Below, one piece after another: positions 8,299 to 19,786 of a DNA stretch of 64,000 nucleotides (within the stretch, counting starts at the first letter, position 1; every line of letters starts with the position of its first letter). Source of the stretch: a virus; IMG/VR virus record IMGVR_UViG_3300029448_000001, positions 1-64,000 of that record. One strand, written 5' to 3'. The notes under the pieces are model-generated. The model had not been told where the DNA came from. It made no database searches and saw nothing but the letters and a program-made list of their open reading frames with translations. The position numbers and the translations under genes were made by a program.

Positions 8299-10715
8299 TG
8301 GCTGATACCTTTTACAAACCTTCTCTCTACTTATCAAATATTTTTGATGAGCAAATTCGTGCGGACAATGAACTGTTTGAACAGTTTATAAAAGGTTATT
8401 ACGAATGGGTACAAACACAAAAACTTACTTTAACTGATGCAGGTACTTTTTCTAGAGAAGAAAGAATTACAGGAGGCACAACTGGTGCCACCGCAATTGT
8501 TAAGCAAATCGGAACAGGCTTTATTGTTGTTCGTGTAGAGACAACAACACCTTTTAGTGTAAATGAAACTATCACCGGAGGTACAAGTACTTCTACTGCA
8601 AAGATTTCTAGTATTGATGATAATGTAATTAGAAAAAGCGGACAACTTTTAAATTACCGTAGTCCTGAGGCAACAGTCGATAATTATGAAAGATATTTAA
8701 AAGATGAGTTATATCCAAGTTTGCCGTCAACAGTATTAGCTGAAAAAGAACTTGCTACTCCTTTATTCCGTGAGTTTTTTCAATCTAAAAGTAATGAAGA
8801 ATCTTATAAATTTTTATTCAGACTTTTATATGGGGAAACAATTAGTTTAAGATTCCCCGGAGAAGATTTACTTAGAATATCAGACGGAAATTTTGATAAG
8901 CCTCAAATTTTAAGAGCAGTTAATAGTTCTGATGTTTTTAAATTTGTAAACAAAACAATTAGAGGAACTTCTTCAGGTGCAATTGCAACTGTCACAGAAG
9001 TTGTAGTTATTACAATAGGAACTACAGAAGTTGCTGAGATGAGTTTGAAATTAGTTTCAGGCACATTTTCAGCAGGAGAAACAATAGTAGATTTAAGTGA
9101 TAGTACTTTAACAGCAACATTATACGGTATGGTTGTCTCTACAACAATCAATGATGCAGGTTCTGGGTATGAAGTAGGAGATGCACTTACAATCACAGGA
9201 GACGGCTCTGACGCCGCCGCTACAGTTTCTTCGATACAGAATGCACCTATCAACTCAATATCGGTTAATACAGAGGGACAAGGGTATAGACTTCATACTG
9301 ATGCTACAATTAATAATACAGGAACAGGAGGAACAAACTTCGCTGTTCGTGTAACTGATATATCGAACACATGGGTAGTTACAGATGGAGTAACAAATTA
9401 CACAGTAGGAACAACTACAGAAGTTGGTGTTAGAAATCGTGGCTCTGGTTACTTTAAGAATCCTACAATAACTTTAATTGATACTACAATACAATCAATA
9501 GGACTTTTGCATGAAAACTTATGTACTATTCTATCAGGTGGAACTAATTATGGCGTAGGAAATACTCTTACCTTTACAGGTGGTGCAGGAACAGGAGCCG
9601 CTGGACAAGTTGCATCAGTAACAGAAAGCACATCTTTCGATTTCTTATTTGAAGATGGTGATAGAATGATACAAGATGGAACATATTTTGATATCATTAA
9701 AAATGAGGATTGGAATGTTTTAGGCGCAATATCTAGAATTGAACTTACTAATTTTGGTAGTGGTTATGAAACTGCAAATCTACCATCAATAACTATCACT
9801 ACATCTACAGGCTCAAGTGGTGTAATTACTGCAAATAATATTCAAGGTGTTGGAGCAAATGTAACCGTAGACTCTACTAACAATAGCATTGGTATAGGTT
9901 CTATTAGAGGAATAAGTTTTTCAGACTTTGGAGTAAATTATACTACAGCGAATGCTAACTTATCATCAATAGGTGATGGTAACGCAAACGTAACTTTAAG
10001 TGTGGCAGGTTCTGGAACTAAAGATGGAATATTTTTAACTGACGATGGTAAAATTAGTAATAAAATTATACAAGATTCACTATTTCATCAAGACTTTTCT
10101 TATGTAATTCGTTCAGGTCTTACATTAAATGTTTACAAAGAAGTACTTAAAAAATCCATACACCCTGCGGGTCTTGAAGTGTTTGGAGAAATTCTGCTTG
10201 AATCTTTAATCAATGTTACGCCTGATTTTGCGGCTGAGATAACTCCTATCATTGCTAATGCAGGTCAATATGTTCTTACTGTTCAGCATGAATTTTCAGC
10301 ATCTTTACAAAGGTCTCAAATAGTAGAGGTGGAAAAAGATTTACCAGAAGCTAATGCGTTTATGTTTATAGATTGGATTCAATCTACTTCAGAAACATGG
10401 GGTGATAGACTTCTATCGGCATACGCAAATGTTACAATCGCAACATATTCAAGTGTTACTTTTGGAACAACTCTTGCTGTAGCGAATATTGTAAGACAAC
10501 AGCCAATATCAGGAACAATAACATCTGATGCTAACACGGCTAACTTAATTGGGTCAGGAACATCATTCACAACAGACTTTAACGTAGGTGAGTTTATTGT
10601 TATATCTAATGAAAAACTTAAAGTATTAAGTATTGCAAATAATCAACATATAGGAATAAATATTCCTACAAGTTTATTATACACAAATGCGGTAGCCCGC
10701 AAAGAATTGATATAA
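8298..10715 (+). CDS. gp7: Baseplate wedge initiator (gp7-like)
   Basis: Between gp6 and gp8; FIKGYYEW, FFQSKSNEESYKFLFRLLYG, IQDSLFHQDFSYVIRS, IHPAG. Confidence 0.75.
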   Translation: MADTFYKPSLYLSNIFDEQIRADNELFEQFIKGYYEWVQTQKLTLTDAGTFSREERITGGTTGATAIVKQIGTGFIVVRVETTTPFSVNETITGGTSTSTAKISSIDDNVIRKSGQLLNYRSPEATVDNYERYLKDELYPSLPSTVLAEKELATPLFREFFQSKSNEESYKFLFRLLYGETISLRFPGEDLLRISDGNFDKPQILRAVNSSDVFKFVNKTIRGTSSGAIATVTEVVVITIGTTEVAEMSLKLVSGTFSAGETIVDLSDSTLTATLYGMVVSTTINDAGSGYEVGDALTITGDGSDAAATVSSIQNAPINSISVNTEGQGYRLHTDATINNTGTGGTNFAVRVTDISNTWVVTDGVTNYTVGTTTEVGVRNRGSGYFKNPTITLIDTTIQSIGLLHENLCTILSGGTNYGVGNTLTFTGGAGTGAAGQVASVTESTSFDFLFEDGDRMIQDGTYFDIIKNEDWNVLGAISRIELTNFGSGYETANLPSITITTSTGSSGVITANNIQGVGANVTVDSTNNSIGIGSIRGISFSDFGVNYTTANANLSSIGDGNANVTLSVAGSGTKDGIFLTDDGKISNKIIQDSLFHQDFSYVIRSGLTLNVYKEVLKKSIHPAGLEVFGEILLESLINVTPDFAAEITPIIANAGQYVLTVQHEFSASLQRSQIVEVEKDLPEANAFMFIDWIQSTSETWGDRLLSAYANVTIATYSSVTFGTTLAVANIVRQQPISGTITSDANTANLIGSGTSFTTDFNVGEFIVISNEKLKVLSIANNQHIGINIPTSLLYTNAVARKELI

Positions 10716-10718
10716 ATA
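10711..10718 (+). promoter_or_regulatory. T4 late promoter TATAAATA
   Basis: Exact consensus upstream of gp8. Confidence 0.8.
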
Positions 10719-10756
10719 AATAGAGATAATTTGAAAAAACAACATAGGAAAAGAAA

Positions 10757-12028
10757 ATGGGAGCGATAGCTACAAGTAAATTTAGAGTTCACAACGCAGA
10801 ACAGTTTTTTGAAGCGTTTTCAGAAACATCAAATACAATGATGTATTTCTTTGTCGGAAAACCATATGCTTGGCCTGATGAGGCTGTTCCTCCAACACCT
10901 ACAAATTCTACAGCAAATATAGAATTTGTTCCTTGGCGAGATATGTTCGCCGCTAAAAGAATTCAAACAACTGATGTATCACATGCTATTGAAAGATATG
11001 ATTGGACATCAGGAACAGTCTATGATGCTTATGATGACTTAGATACAAATTTACTAGATGATGATTTTTACGTTTTAACTGAAGATTTTAATGTTTATAA
11101 ATGCTTATTTAATAATGGCGGAGCGGCATCTACAGTAAAACCTACAGGAACAAGCACATCAATTCTTACAACTGCTGATGGATATAAATGGAAATATATT
11201 TACTCTATTTCTACAGGAGATGTTCTTAAATTCTTAACATCAACTTATATGCCTGTTAAAACTAATTCTACAGTTTCAGCAGCCGCAGTAGATGGTGGAA
11301 TTGATATTGTTAAAGTCTCTGCTGGAGGAACAGGATATACATCAACTCCAACAGTAACAATTTTAGGAGATGGAGTCGGTGCAACTGCTACAGCAACAGT
11401 TGCCGCAGGCGCCGTCTCAGCCGTTACTGTAGCAAATGTAGGTTCAGGATATACTTCAGCTAATGTTTCAATAAGTGGTGGAGGTGGAGCAAACGCTACA
11501 GGAATAGTAGTGATAGGACCTAAAGGAGGACATGGTTCAAACGCTATCGAAGAGTTAGGTGGTAAGTTTATAATGGTAAATGCAAGATTAGACGGAACGG
11601 AATCATCAACTTTTTCAACAGATGCCGAGATAAGACAGATAGGATTAATTAGAGACCCTAATTTGTTCGGAACATCTAATAGAGCAGGAGATTCTGTATA
11701 TAGACAAACATTTAAATATAATTTAACAAGTGTTAGCGGTACAGGATTTACAGAAGATGAAACAGTAACAGTAGGAGGTAATAGTGCTATTGTTGTTGAA
11801 TACGATTCTTCAAACACAACTTTATTTACAACTAAACCTATGATTTATAATTTTGCCAACGGGGCTACAATCACAGGTGCTAGTTCAAACACTACGGCTA
11901 CAATTTCAGTAATAACAAATCCTGGATTAGAACCATATTCTGGAGACATATTATATGTTGAAAATAGAGTAGCAATTACAAGAGCAACAGACCAAATAGA
12001 AGACGTAAAAGTCGTAGTAGAATTTTAG
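10757..12028 (+). CDS. gp8: Baseplate wedge subunit gp8
   Basis: RYDWTSGTVYDAY, FYVLTEDFNVYKCLFNN, DGYKWKYIY, GDILYVENR..ITRATDQIEDVKVVVEF. Confidence 0.9.
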   Translation: MGAIATSKFRVHNAEQFFEAFSETSNTMMYFFVGKPYAWPDEAVPPTPTNSTANIEFVPWRDMFAAKRIQTTDVSHAIERYDWTSGTVYDAYDDLDTNLLDDDFYVLTEDFNVYKCLFNNGGAASTVKPTGTSTSILTTADGYKWKYIYSISTGDVLKFLTSTYMPVKTNSTVSAAAVDGGIDIVKVSAGGTGYTSTPTVTILGDGVGATATATVAAGAVSAVTVANVGSGYTSANVSISGGGGANATGIVVIGPKGGHGSNAIEELGGKFIMVNARLDGTESSTFSTDAEIRQIGLIRDPNLFGTSNRAGDSVYRQTFKYNLTSVSGTGFTEDETVTVGGNSAIVVEYDSSNTTLFTTKPMIYNFANGATITGASSNTTATISVITNPGLEPYSGDILYVENRVAITRATDQIEDVKVVVEF

Positions 12029-12039
12029 GATAAAAACGA

Positions 12040-15000
12040 ATGGCAAATACAAATCCAGGTGGTTTAAATTTTAACACAAGTCCTTACTTTGATGACTTTG
12101 ATGAAGATAAAAAATTTGCAAGAATTCTTTATGTTCCAGGACGTGCAGTTCAGGCGAGAGAACTTACGCAAATGCAATCTCTTCAACAAAAACAAGTTGA
12201 AAGATTTGCAAATTATTTTTTCAATCAAGGCTCTGTAGTTGATGGTTGTGAGCAAAATTTAGATTTAGATTTACGTTTTGTAAAACTAGATTCTAATTAT
12301 GCTGGTTCTGAAGTTAATGTTAGTAACTTTTTAAATAAAGAAATCATCGGTGCTAACACAGGAATAAAAGCATTTGTAGGATTAGTATCTGATATAGAAG
12401 ATAATGATCCTAAAACACTTCATTTAAATTATTTAACAACTGGTGCAGTAGTTCTCACATGTAATACAGTTTCTACATCTTTAACTGTAGGAAATACTGT
12501 TTTCTTTGACTCAGGAACTTCAAATACAGCGGTTGCTAATACAGGAACAATTAGAGCATTTGATGCCTCAAGAAATAGAATTTATGTTGGTAATATTCAA
12601 GGAGGCGTGGTAACCACAGGAACAGCCAATACAATTCTTTCTACTGGCTCTGCAAGTATAATAAACATCACAGGAATTGATGATAAGAGAGCAAACACAA
12701 CTTTTGCAAATTCTGAAACAATATTTACAGCGAATACTACAGGTAGAGCATTTGCAAACGCTACATCAGATGCAGTTAGGCATGTATCAAATGTAGGTCT
12801 TTCTACAGAAACGATAACGACAAAAGGTTCAAAGTTCACGATAGGTAATGGCACAATGTGGATAGCTGACCATTTTGTTAAAAATTCAAATTCTTCTATC
12901 ATACTTGACAAATATAAAAATACACCATCATATAAAATAGGATTAGTTCCAACTAAAACATTTGTAGATTCTATTGCAGATTCATCTCTTTTAGATAATG
13001 CACAAGGAACGTCAAACCTTCAAGCACCAGGAGCCGATAGATTTAAAATTGATTTATCATTAACAAAAATAGTTTTAGGTGCAAATACTGATGAATCAGA
13101 ATTTATAACTCTTAATGTTGTAGAAAACGGAATATCTCAAAAGAGAGCATCTACAGGATTGGATAGCAAATTAGAAGAAGTTGTTGCAAAAAGAACTTTT
13201 GAGGAATCAGGTAATTATACTTTATCAGACCCTAAAGTTAATGTAAGAGAACATTTACTTCAAGGAAATAATAAAGGTAGATTCTCAACAGCAGATGGCG
13301 GAAATAATGATTTGTTATTATTAGAAGTTGATCCTTTTGTTGCATATGTTAATGGATTTAGAAATGAGTTCATATCAAAAAGAAATGTAAACTTAACAAA
13401 AGGTTTAGACACTAAACATGTAGAGCAATCAAAAACACAAATCAATACTGGAAGTTATATAGAAGTAAAAGAAATAGTAGGGTCTTTTGATTTTTCTGAA
13501 AGCACTACAGTTTCTTTAAGAGATACAGTAGCACAAGCAATTTCAAATGAAACGTGGTCGACTACATCAGCACCAGGAAGTGAAATTGGAACTGCAAGAG
13601 TAAAAGCTGTAGAATTTGTTAGCGGTACTCCAGGTACAGCCGATTCAAGATATCATCTATATCTTTATGATATCTTAATGGATAGTGGAAAATCTTTTGA
13701 AGATGTTCGTTCAATATATGACTCTGCTACTCCTAACAGATTTGCTGATATTGTTTTAAGCACAACTGGAAACGCTGTATTAAAAGAGCAAACATTCAAT
13801 AAAGCAATATTCAAATTACCTTATACAAACTTAAAAGAACTTAGAGATTCAAGTGGTAATGTTGAAACTGGATTTAGATTCAGAAAAGAATTTCCTGTAA
13901 CATTTACAGATGGAATAGCTACAATTTCATCAACAGATTCAAACGAAACTTTTGTTGGAACTGGAGTTCTCTCAACAACTCAAAAAAATCAAAACTATAA
14001 AGTTGTTGTTGATAATAGTGGAGCAAATGTTACTAGTATAAGTTTAACTGGAACTTTAAGCGTTGGAGCAGGTTCAGGTTCAGTCACAGGTTCAGGTTCT
14101 TCATTTACAACTCAATTAAATGTTGGAGATGTTCTTGCTGTTAATAGTGAACAAGTCACAATTTCTTCAATAACAAATGATACATCACTAACCCTCACAG
14201 GAAATCACGCAGGTGGAGCCTCAGGAGCATCATTCACTAAAATTCTTCCTACAGGAACTTCATTAAATCTTTCAGGTAATGGTGGAGATGGAGCAACTAG
14301 AACAGTCAATGTTTCTTCACCTGGAACAATACAAATTGATGCAAAAGAGCCTGTTACATTTACAGCTAAAGTAATAGCAACAATGGATAGAGCGAATGCT
14401 AGAGAAACTAATAAAGTATTGACATATCAAAGAAACACGCATATAAATCCTAACACATCTCCATATTCTAGCACAAGTGAACCATATGGATTAGGATATG
14501 CAGACATCTATCAATTACATGCTGTTTATCAATCGCCTGATTTTTCAACACCTGCAAATACAAGTTCTACAGATGTAACTTCAAACTACACTTTAGACAA
14601 CGGACAAAGAGATAACTCTTATGAGCATGGAAGAATTGTTCCGAATGTAGGAGTAGCACCTACTGGTAGATTGTTAGCAGTATTCGATCATTTTTCACAT
14701 AGCACTACACAAGGTTTAGGTTATCTCTCAGTAGATTCATATCCTGTAAATGATACAACAACATCTACAACTACAATTAGCACAGCTAATATTCCAACTT
14801 ACACTTCTGTAAGCACTGGTACTAAATTTAATTTAAGAGATTGTATAGACTTTAGAGCAATAAAATCAGCAAACACGGCAGGAATAAATCCAGCCATTAC
14901 TGATGAAGATAGCGGTGCTTATGCAATACCAACAGGCGGATTGCATCACCCAACACCAGGCTCAGATTTTGATGCAGACTTAATTCACTATAAAGGAAAA

Positions 15001-18000
15001 GTTTCAAAACTTTTCTTAGATGGTCAAGGAAACTTTGGAGTTAATGATGGGTCTCCTGGATATCCTAAACCTATCGCACCTCAATCTATTCCAGACACTT
15101 TAGATATAGCAGAAATAGATGTGCCTGCTTTCCCATCACAACCTAAAGATGTAGGAATAAAATTATTTAAGAATAAGCGTTTTCGTATGGGCGATATCGC
15201 AAAGTTAGAGGAGCGAGTAAATAAATTAGAATTTTTAACTGCTCTAAGTGAATTGGAAAGAGAAGCAAGTAGTAAAACAATTCTAGATAATGATGGTCTT
15301 GATAGATTTAAAAATGGAATATTAGTTGACCCATTTACAGGATTTAATATTGCAGACGTAAACAATACAACTTACCAAGCATCAATAGATAGAAAAGAAA
15401 AAACTCTATCAGCGTATGCAACAAAAGATAGACAATATCCTTTATCATTTTTAACTACAGGTTCAAGCAACGTCACCAGATATTCTGGCAATAAGTTAAT
15501 GCTCACGCCTTCATCACTTGAAATATTTCAGTCTCAACCTTTTGCTTCAGCAAGTATAAATTTAGCACAGGAGTTGACATTTACTTTTGTTGGAGATTTA
15601 CAAACATTTCCATCAACAGATAATTGGGTTAACACAGTTAATGATCCAGACAATAATTTTGTTGTTGATTTTGCACAGTTAAATGATAACTGGAGATCAT
15701 TAGTCAACGCTTGGAACGTAGAAGGTAATCCTGTACAACAATTCTGGTCAGGAATATCTACAACATCTCAAGAAGTTCTTTCTACTCAAGGTGGAGTAAC
15801 TACTGGACAAGTTGGTGCTGACATATTTAATGTAACAAGGACAGCGACTACTACAACTCAAGAATTGAGTTTTCAAAAAGCAGGTATCAATCCAAGCACA
15901 GACGGTCCAAAAAGTATAGAAGTAGATAGAGTAGTTGATGTTTCTGTTTCATTTGAAATGAGAACTAGAGATTTTATTTTTAATTCAACAGGACTTAAAG
16001 ACGGTTCTCCAATTTTTGCATTCTTTGACGAAGTTGATGTCACATCAAATTGCAAACAAATAGAACTAGTAGGTTCTACTACTATTCAAGATTTATTTGA
16101 TACTTTAGATGCTGATGGATTATTACCTACAGACACATCAAAATTTAGAGTGTTAAGTACAGGAAGTTTAAGAGCAGACAATGGAAAAATTCTAGGAGTA
16201 TTTACTGTTCCAGCAAATACATTCAGAACAGGTCAAAGAGAATTTAAATTAACAGATAGTTCTACAAATACAAACTCAGACACATCTACATTTGCAAAAA
16301 CAAGTATTTTATCTTCTGGACTTTCTTTAACTAAAAGTAAAAACGTAATTAACTCAAGACCTATTGATGTAAGTTTTGATGATGCGAATCTTAGAGAAAG
16401 TGTAGGAAGACAAACAAGAAGTTTACAATTTACTGAATCTAGAGTTAAAACAGGAGTTGTACCTGCTCCTAGAAGAAGTGACCCTTTAGCACAAAGTTTT
16501 TATGTTGATGAGGCAACATACCTTAACGGAATATTTTTAACATCTATTGATGTTTACTTTAAAGCAAAATCAACAGATTCTAATTTAGGTGTTGTAATGC
16601 AGATTAGAGAAATGAACTTTGGATTTCCTACAGAAAAAGTTATAGGAGGTTCTTCAATAAGAGTTGAAAACTCTGATATCAATACAAGTTCTACAAGTTC
16701 TGATGCCACAACATTTACATTTGAATCGCCAGTTTATTTACTGCCTGGTAGAAATTATTCTTTCTGTTTAAAGCCAGATGCTAATTCAACAGACTTTCAA
16801 GTTTGGACTGCTGAGATAGGAGGACTTGATATTACAAATTCAGATTCGCCTGTTAGAATAGATAAACAACCAGCGGCAGGAGTTTTATTTACATCTTCTG
16901 ATGATTATACTTGGTCACCAAGACAAAATCAGGATTTAAAGTTCATAATGAGAATAGCAAAATATTCAACAACAGCTTTAGGTACAGCTTTATTTGAGAA
17001 TAAGTCATTCTCTGGAACTAATTACCCATATAGTGCATTCACAGTCAACGCAGAAGATGTTCAAATTCCTAGCACGAATATTACTTATGAAAGTAGAAAT
17101 GCTGATTCATCTTTTGCTGTAGGAAGTTTCTTTAGAATTGATAATCGAGAAAGAATTCAAGAAACATCAATGAAGCAATTTTCTAATACATCAGTTGAGA
17201 CAACAAATGGATTTAAGTCTTTTAACTTAAAAGCATTCCTATCTACTGGAGATACTTACATTACTCCTTACATAGATTTAGAAAGAATACATACTATATT
17301 AGAAGATATACAAATTAATAATTCCGTTTCTAATACTTTAACGGGAACAGTTACTTATTCAGGCGGAGCAAATATTGTTACAGGAACAGGAACTTTATTT
17401 AATAATGAAGTTCAGCCTGGAGAATATATTAAATTTGATTCTACTCAATTTAGACAAGTTACTTCTGTTTCTAATAATACTTCATTAACTGTCAAAAATA
17501 ACTTTACGACATCTAATGGAGTAAGTCAATCTATATCAAGACAAAACGAAGAAAATCCTACAGGACCTTATATTTCTGAGTCGAGATATATTACAAGAAG
17601 AGTTACACTAAATGATGGATTTGAAGCAGAAGATTTAGTTGTTTATCTTGATACAAACAGACCAGCAGGAACAGACATAAAAGTTTATTACAAAGTATTA
17701 AATGAAAGTGATGCTGAAAACTTTGATGATAAATTTTATATTGAAATGTCTTTGAATGGAACTAAAAGATTTACTGAAGATAAAGAATTATTTACTGAAG
17801 AAAAATATGTTATTCCTACTTCATCAAAAACAGGAGGAACAACTTTACTTTCAGGAAATGTAGCTATAAATGGAACGATTACTGTTTCTGGAACTGGAAC
17901 AGCATTCTTTGAGCAATTAAAAATAGGAGATACAATACAAGTAGGAACAGCAAGAGAAGAAAGAGTTGTTGCAACAATTAATAATAATACATCTTTAACA

Positions 18001-18195
18001 GTTACTACTGCATTTGGAAGCACAGCATCGGCACAAGATGCATTTAAATTATTAAACGATACTGTACAATATACTAGACCTGACGGAAGCACATACACAG
18101 GATTTAAACAGTTTGCAATTAAAGTTGTATTTACTTCAGATAATGAATCTAAGACAACGAGAGTACAAAATTTAAGAGCGATGGCACTAGCATGA
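12040..18195 (+). CDS. Large virion structural protein (VrlC / DUF4815-like, baseplate-associated)
   Basis: NTSPYFDDFDEDKKF..ILYVPGRAVQARELTQMQS, APGADRFKI, RFKNGILVDPF, DPLAQSF; this family typically follows gp8 in aquatic T4-like phages. Confidence 0.8.
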   Translation: MANTNPGGLNFNTSPYFDDFDEDKKFARILYVPGRAVQARELTQMQSLQQKQVERFANYFFNQGSVVDGCEQNLDLDLRFVKLDSNYAGSEVNVSNFLNKEIIGANTGIKAFVGLVSDIEDNDPKTLHLNYLTTGAVVLTCNTVSTSLTVGNTVFFDSGTSNTAVANTGTIRAFDASRNRIYVGNIQGGVVTTGTANTILSTGSASIINITGIDDKRANTTFANSETIFTANTTGRAFANATSDAVRHVSNVGLSTETITTKGSKFTIGNGTMWIADHFVKNSNSSIILDKYKNTPSYKIGLVPTKTFVDSIADSSLLDNAQGTSNLQAPGADRFKIDLSLTKIVLGANTDESEFITLNVVENGISQKRASTGLDSKLEEVVAKRTFEESGNYTLSDPKVNVREHLLQGNNKGRFSTADGGNNDLLLLEVDPFVAYVNGFRNEFISKRNVNLTKGLDTKHVEQSKTQINTGSYIEVKEIVGSFDFSESTTVSLRDTVAQAISNETWSTTSAPGSEIGTARVKAVEFVSGTPGTADSRYHLYLYDILMDSGKSFEDVRSIYDSATPNRFADIVLSTTGNAVLKEQTFNKAIFKLPYTNLKELRDSSGNVETGFRFRKEFPVTFTDGIATISSTDSNETFVGTGVLSTTQKNQNYKVVVDNSGANVTSISLTGTLSVGAGSGSVTGSGSSFTTQLNVGDVLAVNSEQVTISSITNDTSLTLTGNHAGGASGASFTKILPTGTSLNLSGNGGDGATRTVNVSSPGTIQIDAKEPVTFTAKVIATMDRANARETNKVLTYQRNTHINPNTSPYSSTSEPYGLGYADIYQLHAVYQSPDFSTPANTSSTDVTSNYTLDNGQRDNSYEHGRIVPNVGVAPTGRLLAVFDHFSHSTTQGLGYLSVDSYPVNDTTTSTTTISTANIPTYTSVSTGTKFNLRDCIDFRAIKSANTAGINPAITDEDSGAYAIPTGGLHHPTPGSDFDADLIHYKGKVSKLFLDGQGNFGVNDGSPGYPKPIAPQSIPDTLDIAEIDVPAFPSQPKDVGIKLFKNKRFRMGDIAKLEERVNKLEFLTALSELEREASSKTILDNDGLDRFKNGILVDPFTGFNIADVNNTTYQASIDRKEKTLSAYATKDRQYPLSFLTTGSSNVTRYSGNKLMLTPSSLEIFQSQPFASASINLAQELTFTFVGDLQTFPSTDNWVNTVNDPDNNFVVDFAQLNDNWRSLVNAWNVEGNPVQQFWSGISTTSQEVLSTQGGVTTGQVGADIFNVTRTATTTTQELSFQKAGINPSTDGPKSIEVDRVVDVSVSFEMRTRDFIFNSTGLKDGSPIFAFFDEVDVTSNCKQIELVGSTTIQDLFDTLDADGLLPTDTSKFRVLSTGSLRADNGKILGVFTVPANTFRTGQREFKLTDSSTNTNSDTSTFAKTSILSSGLSLTKSKNVINSRPIDVSFDDANLRESVGRQTRSLQFTESRVKTGVVPAPRRSDPLAQSFYVDEATYLNGIFLTSIDVYFKAKSTDSNLGVVMQIREMNFGFPTEKVIGGSSIRVENSDINTSSTSSDATTFTFESPVYLLPGRNYSFCLKPDANSTDFQVWTAEIGGLDITNSDSPVRIDKQPAAGVLFTSSDDYTWSPRQNQDLKFIMRIAKYSTTALGTALFENKSFSGTNYPYSAFTVNAEDVQIPSTNITYESRNADSSFAVGSFFRIDNRERIQETSMKQFSNTSVETTNGFKSFNLKAFLSTGDTYITPYIDLERIHTILEDIQINNSVSNTLTGTVTYSGGANIVTGTGTLFNNEVQPGEYIKFDSTQFRQVTSVSNNTSLTVKNNFTTSNGVSQSISRQNEENPTGPYISESRYITRRVTLNDGFEAEDLVVYLDTNRPAGTDIKVYYKVLNESDAENFDDKFYIEMSLNGTKRFTEDKELFTEEKYVIPTSSKTGGTTLLSGNVAINGTITVSGTGTAFFEQLKIGDTIQVGTAREERVVATINNNTSLTVTTAFGSTASAQDAFKLLNDTVQYTRPDGSTYTGFKQFAIKVVFTSDNESKTTRVQNLRAMALA

Positions 18196-18434
18196 TACCT
18201 CATAAATTAAAAGTCGATAAACCTCTATCAGGGTTTACTGAAAGGGAATATTATTCTAAAGCAATTCTAAATACTGACGTTGCATCTTTACTTAAATATA
18301 AAATACAAAAACAAAAAAGCAGTTCTTCTGTATTAGAATTAAATGCAGTAAAAGAAGAAGTTTCGGAAATTCGTCACGAATTAAAAGAAATAAAAAAATT
18401 ACTAATAAAGGTTACAAGCAATGTCGATAGCTAA
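18192..18434 (+). CDS. Hypothetical protein with a C-terminal coiled coil
   Basis: 80 aa, overlaps both neighbours; SKAILNTD followed by a heptad pattern. Confidence 0.7.
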   Translation: MIPHKLKVDKPLSGFTEREYYSKAILNTDVASLLKYKIQKQKSSSSVLELNAVKEEVSEIRHELKEIKKLLIKVTSNVDS

Positions 18435-19770
18435 TGTAGAATTATCAAACACATTTAATCAGTTTCGTACTTCTCATAATGAATCACTTTTAACTGTAAA
18501 TCAGATTGCAAGTGGTTCAGGCACAGTTACGCTTGGAACAATAAACGCATCAAATTATGTGGGATTACCTGGATTATCAATAGCAGGTGATACAGGAACA
18601 GATTTTATAAATGTAGAAACAGACTCTTTAACCTTTACAGGAGGTACAGGAGTAACTAGTGCCGTAACAGCGAATACTTTAACAGTATCAGTAGGACAAG
18701 ACGTTGGAACAACAGCAAATGTAATTTTTAGAGATGGCCAGTTTACTGCAAACTTAGTTGTTGATGGAAATCTTCTTGTAGGTGGAAATACGCTATCATT
18801 CTCTGCAAATACATTTATAGTTGATGACCCACTAATTCAATTATCAAACAATAATATAGCCGATACTTTTGATGGAGGTTTTGTAGTTCACTATAATAAT
18901 GGCTCTAATAGACATGCTGGTTTGTTTAGAGATGCATCAGATTCAGGTATATTTAAATTTTTTGACAACTACACTCCTAGCACAGTTAATGCAACAACAA
19001 TAGCAACAACAGATTCGTCATTCAGACTTGCAAATGTTGAAATGGATCAACAAACTGCAAATGTGTTTATTGTAAAAGATAGTTTACAAAGCACCTCAGG
19101 AGTTAATGCGGGTAAAGTTGTTGTTAAATCTAGTTTAGAAGTTCAAGGGGACCACGCAAATTTATATGCTGGTAAACTAGTTCTTGATTCAAATGCAGGC
19201 AATGCCGCTGCCGCAGACGGCTCAGGGCTTGTAATAGGCGGTGGCTTAGCTAATGTTTTATATTCATCTTCTAATAATCAACTAGAAACTAACAAGAGTG
19301 TTTATATTTCAGGGTTTGCAAATGTAGAAAATAGAATAGCAGGTTTTGATGTATTTGGAGCAAATAGTCTTTCTTCAAATACAGCAAGTATTAACTATGT
19401 AAATATTGATGATGTAGCAAACTTCTTTGGTAGTTATTCTGAAAAAGTTGCTACTGTAAATATTTCATCAGGCACTTTAGCGATAGATTTAGCATCAGCT
19501 TCTATATTTAAAGTTACTTTAGACGAAAACATTACAAATATTACCTTTACAAATTACCCATCAGTTGCGGCCAATCAAGCTGTAGGATTTATTCTTGAGA
19601 CAACAGCAGATGGAACTTCAAGAACTGTAACTTGGCCTTCAGCTTTTACATGGCCAGGAAATACTGCACCAGCTTTAACTTCAGATACAGGAAAAGTTGA
19701 TGTATTTACATTCTTCACTACAAACAATGGAACAAATTGGAGATCATTTGTTTCAGGTCAAAATTTATAA
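18421..19770 (+). CDS. Tail fibre / fibre-adaptor structural protein
   Basis: N-terminal TFNQFR anchor, VDDPLIQL...HAGLFRDASD fibre module, and a C-terminal IDLASASIF...RTVTWP..FTWPG..AP..T..VDVFTFFT..G.NW domain common in phage fibres. Confidence 0.65.
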   Translation: MSIANVELSNTFNQFRTSHNESLLTVNQIASGSGTVTLGTINASNYVGLPGLSIAGDTGTDFINVETDSLTFTGGTGVTSAVTANTLTVSVGQDVGTTANVIFRDGQFTANLVVDGNLLVGGNTLSFSANTFIVDDPLIQLSNNNIADTFDGGFVVHYNNGSNRHAGLFRDASDSGIFKFFDNYTPSTVNATTIATTDSSFRLANVEMDQQTANVFIVKDSLQSTSGVNAGKVVVKSSLEVQGDHANLYAGKLVLDSNAGNAAAADGSGLVIGGGLANVLYSSSNNQLETNKSVYISGFANVENRIAGFDVFGANSLSSNTASINYVNIDDVANFFGSYSEKVATVNISSGTLAIDLASASIFKVTLDENITNITFTNYPSVAANQAVGFILETTADGTSRTVTWPSAFTWPGNTAPALTSDTGKVDVFTFFTTNNGTNWRSFVSGQNL

Positions 19771-19786
19771 AACTAAGAGGTAAAAG